Source: Candidatus Lustribacter sp.
GTDB taxonomy: Bacteria > Vulcanimicrobiota > Vulcanimicrobiia > Vulcanimicrobiales > Vulcanimicrobiaceae
NCBI GenBank assembly: GCA_965277805.1
Contig: OZ255842.1
Coordinates: 2,592,001 to 2,656,000 of the forward strand
Reading direction: 5' to 3'
DNA length: 64,000 bases
Part shown: piece after piece, positions 60,279 through 64,000 of the stretch
Layout of the letters: each line of letters begins with the position of its first letter
How positions within the stretch are numbered: position 1 is the first letter of the stretch
Notes under the pieces: generated by a model
The model's input: the letters and a program-made list of their open reading frames with translations, nothing else
Told to the model about the DNA's origin: nothing
The model's database searches: none
Program-made: the position numbers and the translations under genes

Positions 60279-61559
60279 TTACGCGTACAAATCGCGTCGA
60301 GTCGGGGGTATCTTTGCGGGGCCGCCGTTTTCGGTTTTCGCCAATAGGGTTTGGATCAGGCCCATTTGGCCGCGCCAGAAGTTGCTTGCGCTGCCGGCCA
60401 TGTAGATCTTCCAGATGCGGTAGGTGCGCTCGTCGGTTGCGGCGATGATCTCGTCGCGGCGGTTCTCGAGGTTCGAGTACCAGGCGCGCAACGTGCGTGC
60501 GTAGTGTTCGCGCAGGTTCTCCACGTCGCGCACTTCGAAGCCGGCCGCCTCGGCGCCGCGCAGCGTCGTGTCGACGCTGACGAGATCGCCGTCGGGGAAG
60601 ACGTAGCGGTCCATGAAGCCGCTGACGCGATAGCCTTTACCGTCGCGCGATTGCTGCGTGATGCCGTGGTTGAGGAACAGTCCGCCGTCGCGCAGCGCAT
60701 CGTAAGCGGTGCGGAAGTACTGACCCAAGCGCTCGCGGCCGACGTGTTCCACCATGCCGACGCTGACGATCTTGTCGAAGGTTTCGCCGCGCAGGTCGCG
60801 ATAGTCGCGCAACTCGACGCGCACCTTATCGGCGACGCCGGCCTCCGCAATGCGGCGTTGGGCTTCTTCGTGCTGACGGCGGCTGAGCGTCACGCCGAGC
60901 GCCTGCGCGCCGAACTGCTGCGCGGCGCGAATGACCAGCGCACCCCAGCCGCAGCCGATGTCGAGCAGCCGTTCACCCGGGCGCAGGCGCACCTTGCGCA
61001 GAGTATGATCGATCTTCGCGACTTGGGCATCGTCGAGCGTCTGCACGCCGTCGTCCCAGTACCCGCACGAATACACCATGCGCGAATCCAGAAACGCGCG
61101 ATAGAACGCAATCGGCTGATCGTAATGAAAGCCGATCGCCGCCGCGTCGCGTTTCTTCGTATGGCGTTTTCCGCTGAGTTGCACGCCGTCGTCCGTGGCG
61201 GGCGGCGGCTTCGGCAGCTGCAACAGCTGCGCGATCATCTTCGGCAGCGCGAGCCGCCGGAACGCGCCGATCGCGCCCTCCATCGTCTGGATCGCAGCTT
61301 CGATGTCGCCCTCGATGTCGATCCACTTCTCGACGAACGCCCGGCCAGGGCTGAGATCGAGCGGCGGCGCGAACGCGGCGCGCAGCGCAAACGGTTCGTT
61401 GATCTTCAGGGTGAAGAGCGGCGCTTCGGCCGCGTCGATGCGCGTGCCGTCCCACAATTCGATCGCAAAATCACGGGCGAAACGCGGGCCGAACAACGTC
61501 CGCAGAATCGAAAGCGAACGGTCAGCTGAAATATCTTCCCGGCTAACAACGGCTGCCAT
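60279..61559 (-). CDS. cfa: Cyclopropane-fatty-acyl-phospholipid synthase family methyltransferase
   Basis: HYD, MVYSCGYW, LLDIGCGWG, SVGMVEHVG, YVFPDG, HYARTL. Confidence 0.92.
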   Translation of the reverse strand: MAAVVSREDISADRSLSILRTLFGPRFARDFAIELWDGTRIDAAEAPLFTLKINEPFALRAAFAPPLDLSPGRAFVEKWIDIEGDIEAAIQTMEGAIGAFRRLALPKMIAQLLQLPKPPPATDDGVQLSGKRHTKKRDAAAIGFHYDQPIAFYRAFLDSRMVYSCGYWDDGVQTLDDAQVAKIDHTLRKVRLRPGERLLDIGCGWGALVIRAAQQFGAQALGVTLSRRQHEEAQRRIAEAGVADKVRVELRDYRDLRGETFDKIVSVGMVEHVGRERLGQYFRTAYDALRDGGLFLNHGITQQSRDGKGYRVSGFMDRYVFPDGDLVSVDTTLRGAEAAGFEVRDVENLREHYARTLRAWYSNLENRRDEIIAATDERTYRIWKIYMAGSASNFWRGQMGLIQTLLAKTENGGPAKIPPTRRDLYA

Positions 61560-61604
61560 GTCAGGCAAAACCCCAGCAAAGGCCAGCCGGTTCCGTTGTC
61601 ACGC

Positions 61605-61636
61605 AAAGAAAAAGCCGCCTGTTTCCAGACGGCTTT
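61605..61636 (-). terminator. Intrinsic terminator after metK
   Basis: AAAGCCGTCTG-GAAA-CAGGCGGCTTT then TTCTTT on the minus strand. Confidence 0.8.
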
Positions 61637-61660
61637 CGCAAGGTGTTCCCTCCGTACGTT

Positions 61661-62884
61661 CTACGCGCGGACGAGTTCCTTTTCGACCCCGCCTTTGAGG
61701 CCGGCGGCCGCGCGCAGCGCTTCCGCTTTGTCCGTCTTCTCCCACGGCAGATCGAGGTCGGGCCGGCCGAAGTGGCCGTACGACGCGGTCTGTTTGTAGA
61801 TCGGGCGGCGCAGGTTGAGGTTGTGGATGATCGCTGCCGGACGCAAGTCGAAGTTCGCAGCGACGAGCTCGGCGATTTTCTCTTCGGGGATCACGCCGGT
61901 GCCGAACGTCTCGACCAGCACGCTGACCGGATGCGCGACGCCGATCGCGTATGCGACCTGCACTTCGCAGCGTTCCGCGAGCCCGGCCGCGACGACGTTC
62001 TTCGCGACGTAGCGCGCCGCGTACGCCGCCGAACGGTCGACCTTCGTGGGATCCTTGCCGGAGAAGGCGCCGCCGCCGTGGCGAGCCATCCCGCCGTACG
62101 TATCGGCGATGATCTTGCGGCCGGTCAGGCCGGCGTCACCGTGCGGACCGCCGATGACGAAGCGGCCGGTCGGGTTGACGAAGATGCGCAGGTCGTTGTC
62201 GCGGAGTTCCTTCGGGATGATCTTGTCGATGATCGCCTCGGTGACTTGCTTGCGGATATCTTCGAGCGAGATGTCGTCGTCGTGTTGGGTCGAGATGACG
62301 ACGGCGTCGACCCGCTTGGGCGTGTGGCCCTCGTACTCGACGGTGACTTGCGACTTGCCGTCGGGGCGCAGAAACTTCAGCGTACCGTCTTTGCGCGCTT
62401 TGGCGAGTTGACGCGTGAGATCGTGCGCGAGCACGATCGGCAGCGGCATCAACTGCGCCGTCTCGCGGCAGGCGAACCCGAACATCATGCCCTGGTCGCC
62501 GGCACCGGTCAGCTCGAACGGGTCTTTCTTTCCGCCCTGCTGCACTTCGAACGATTCGTCGACGCCCATCGCGATGTCGGCCGACTGTTCGTCGACCGAG
62601 ATCGAAACGCCGCACGTCGTGGCGTCGAAGCCGATGCCGGAGTGGTTGTAGCCGATGTCCGACACGGTCTGCCGGACAAGCTTCGGAATGTCGACGTACG
62701 TCTTGGTCGTGATCTCGCCCGCCACGTGCACTTGGCCCGTGATGACGAACGATTCGCACGCCACGCGCCCCATGGGATCCTCAGCGAGGATCGCATCGAG
62801 CACGGCGTCGGAGATTTGATCCGCAATCTTGTCGGGATGTCCCTCAGTTACGGATTCAGACGTAAAGAGACGGCGATACGCCAT
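61661..62884 (-). CDS. metK: S-adenosylmethionine synthetase
   Basis: [35 protein letters not shown]. Confidence 0.98.
   Translation of the reverse strand: MAYRRLFTSESVTEGHPDKIADQISDAVLDAILAEDPMGRVACESFVITGQVHVAGEITTKTYVDIPKLVRQTVSDIGYNHSGIGFDATTCGVSISVDEQSADIAMGVDESFEVQQGGKKDPFELTGAGDQGMMFGFACRETAQLMPLPIVLAHDLTRQLAKARKDGTLKFLRPDGKSQVTVEYEGHTPKRVDAVVISTQHDDDISLEDIRKQVTEAIIDKIIPKELRDNDLRIFVNPTGRFVIGGPHGDAGLTGRKIIADTYGGMARHGGGAFSGKDPTKVDRSAAYAARYVAKNVVAAGLAERCEVQVAYAIGVAHPVSVLVETFGTGVIPEEKIAELVAANFDLRPAAIIHNLNLRRPIYKQTASYGHFGRPDLDLPWEKTDKAEALRAAAGLKGGVEKELVRA

Positions 62885-64000
<1,116 letters not shown>

Overview
High-GC bacterial chromosomal window from a diderm, since it encodes a TonB-dependent receptor. 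The gene style tentatively suggests a soil lineage such as Eremiobacterota/Vulcanimicrobiota (inference only). In order: class Ia RNR nrdAB under a cobalamin riboswitch plus tandem NrdR boxes; methylcitrate genes prpBCD back-to-back with methylmalonyl-CoA epimerase; a peptidoglycan/amino-sugar recycling cluster (nagZ, serine hydrolase, frameshifted anmK, sugar kinase, murQ, DUF4127); MacAB-like and RND efflux genes; and tRNA-Asn. About 20 kb of accessory-looking DNA follows the tRNA: an ALDH pseudogene, type III PKS + methyltransferase + FAD oxidoreductase, a bacterial metallothionein-like gene, and an aromatic uptake/catabolism locus. That locus has two M24-fold proteins with rewired active sites, a TonB-dependent receptor with an N-terminal PstS-like domain, orphan binding proteins, a Rieske oxygenase, a dihydrodiol dehydrogenase and an extradiol dioxygenase. 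The window ends with mtnBDC, a split NitT/TauT ABC system around atzG-atzE-atzF-like amidases, yciH, a REP-like element, cfa, metK and ahcY. Most notable: the PBP-TBDR/M24/Rieske locus, recurrent apparent CTG starts at coupled junctions, the metallothionein, and a REP motif captured inside a CDS. All calls come from reading the sequence; no searches were run.
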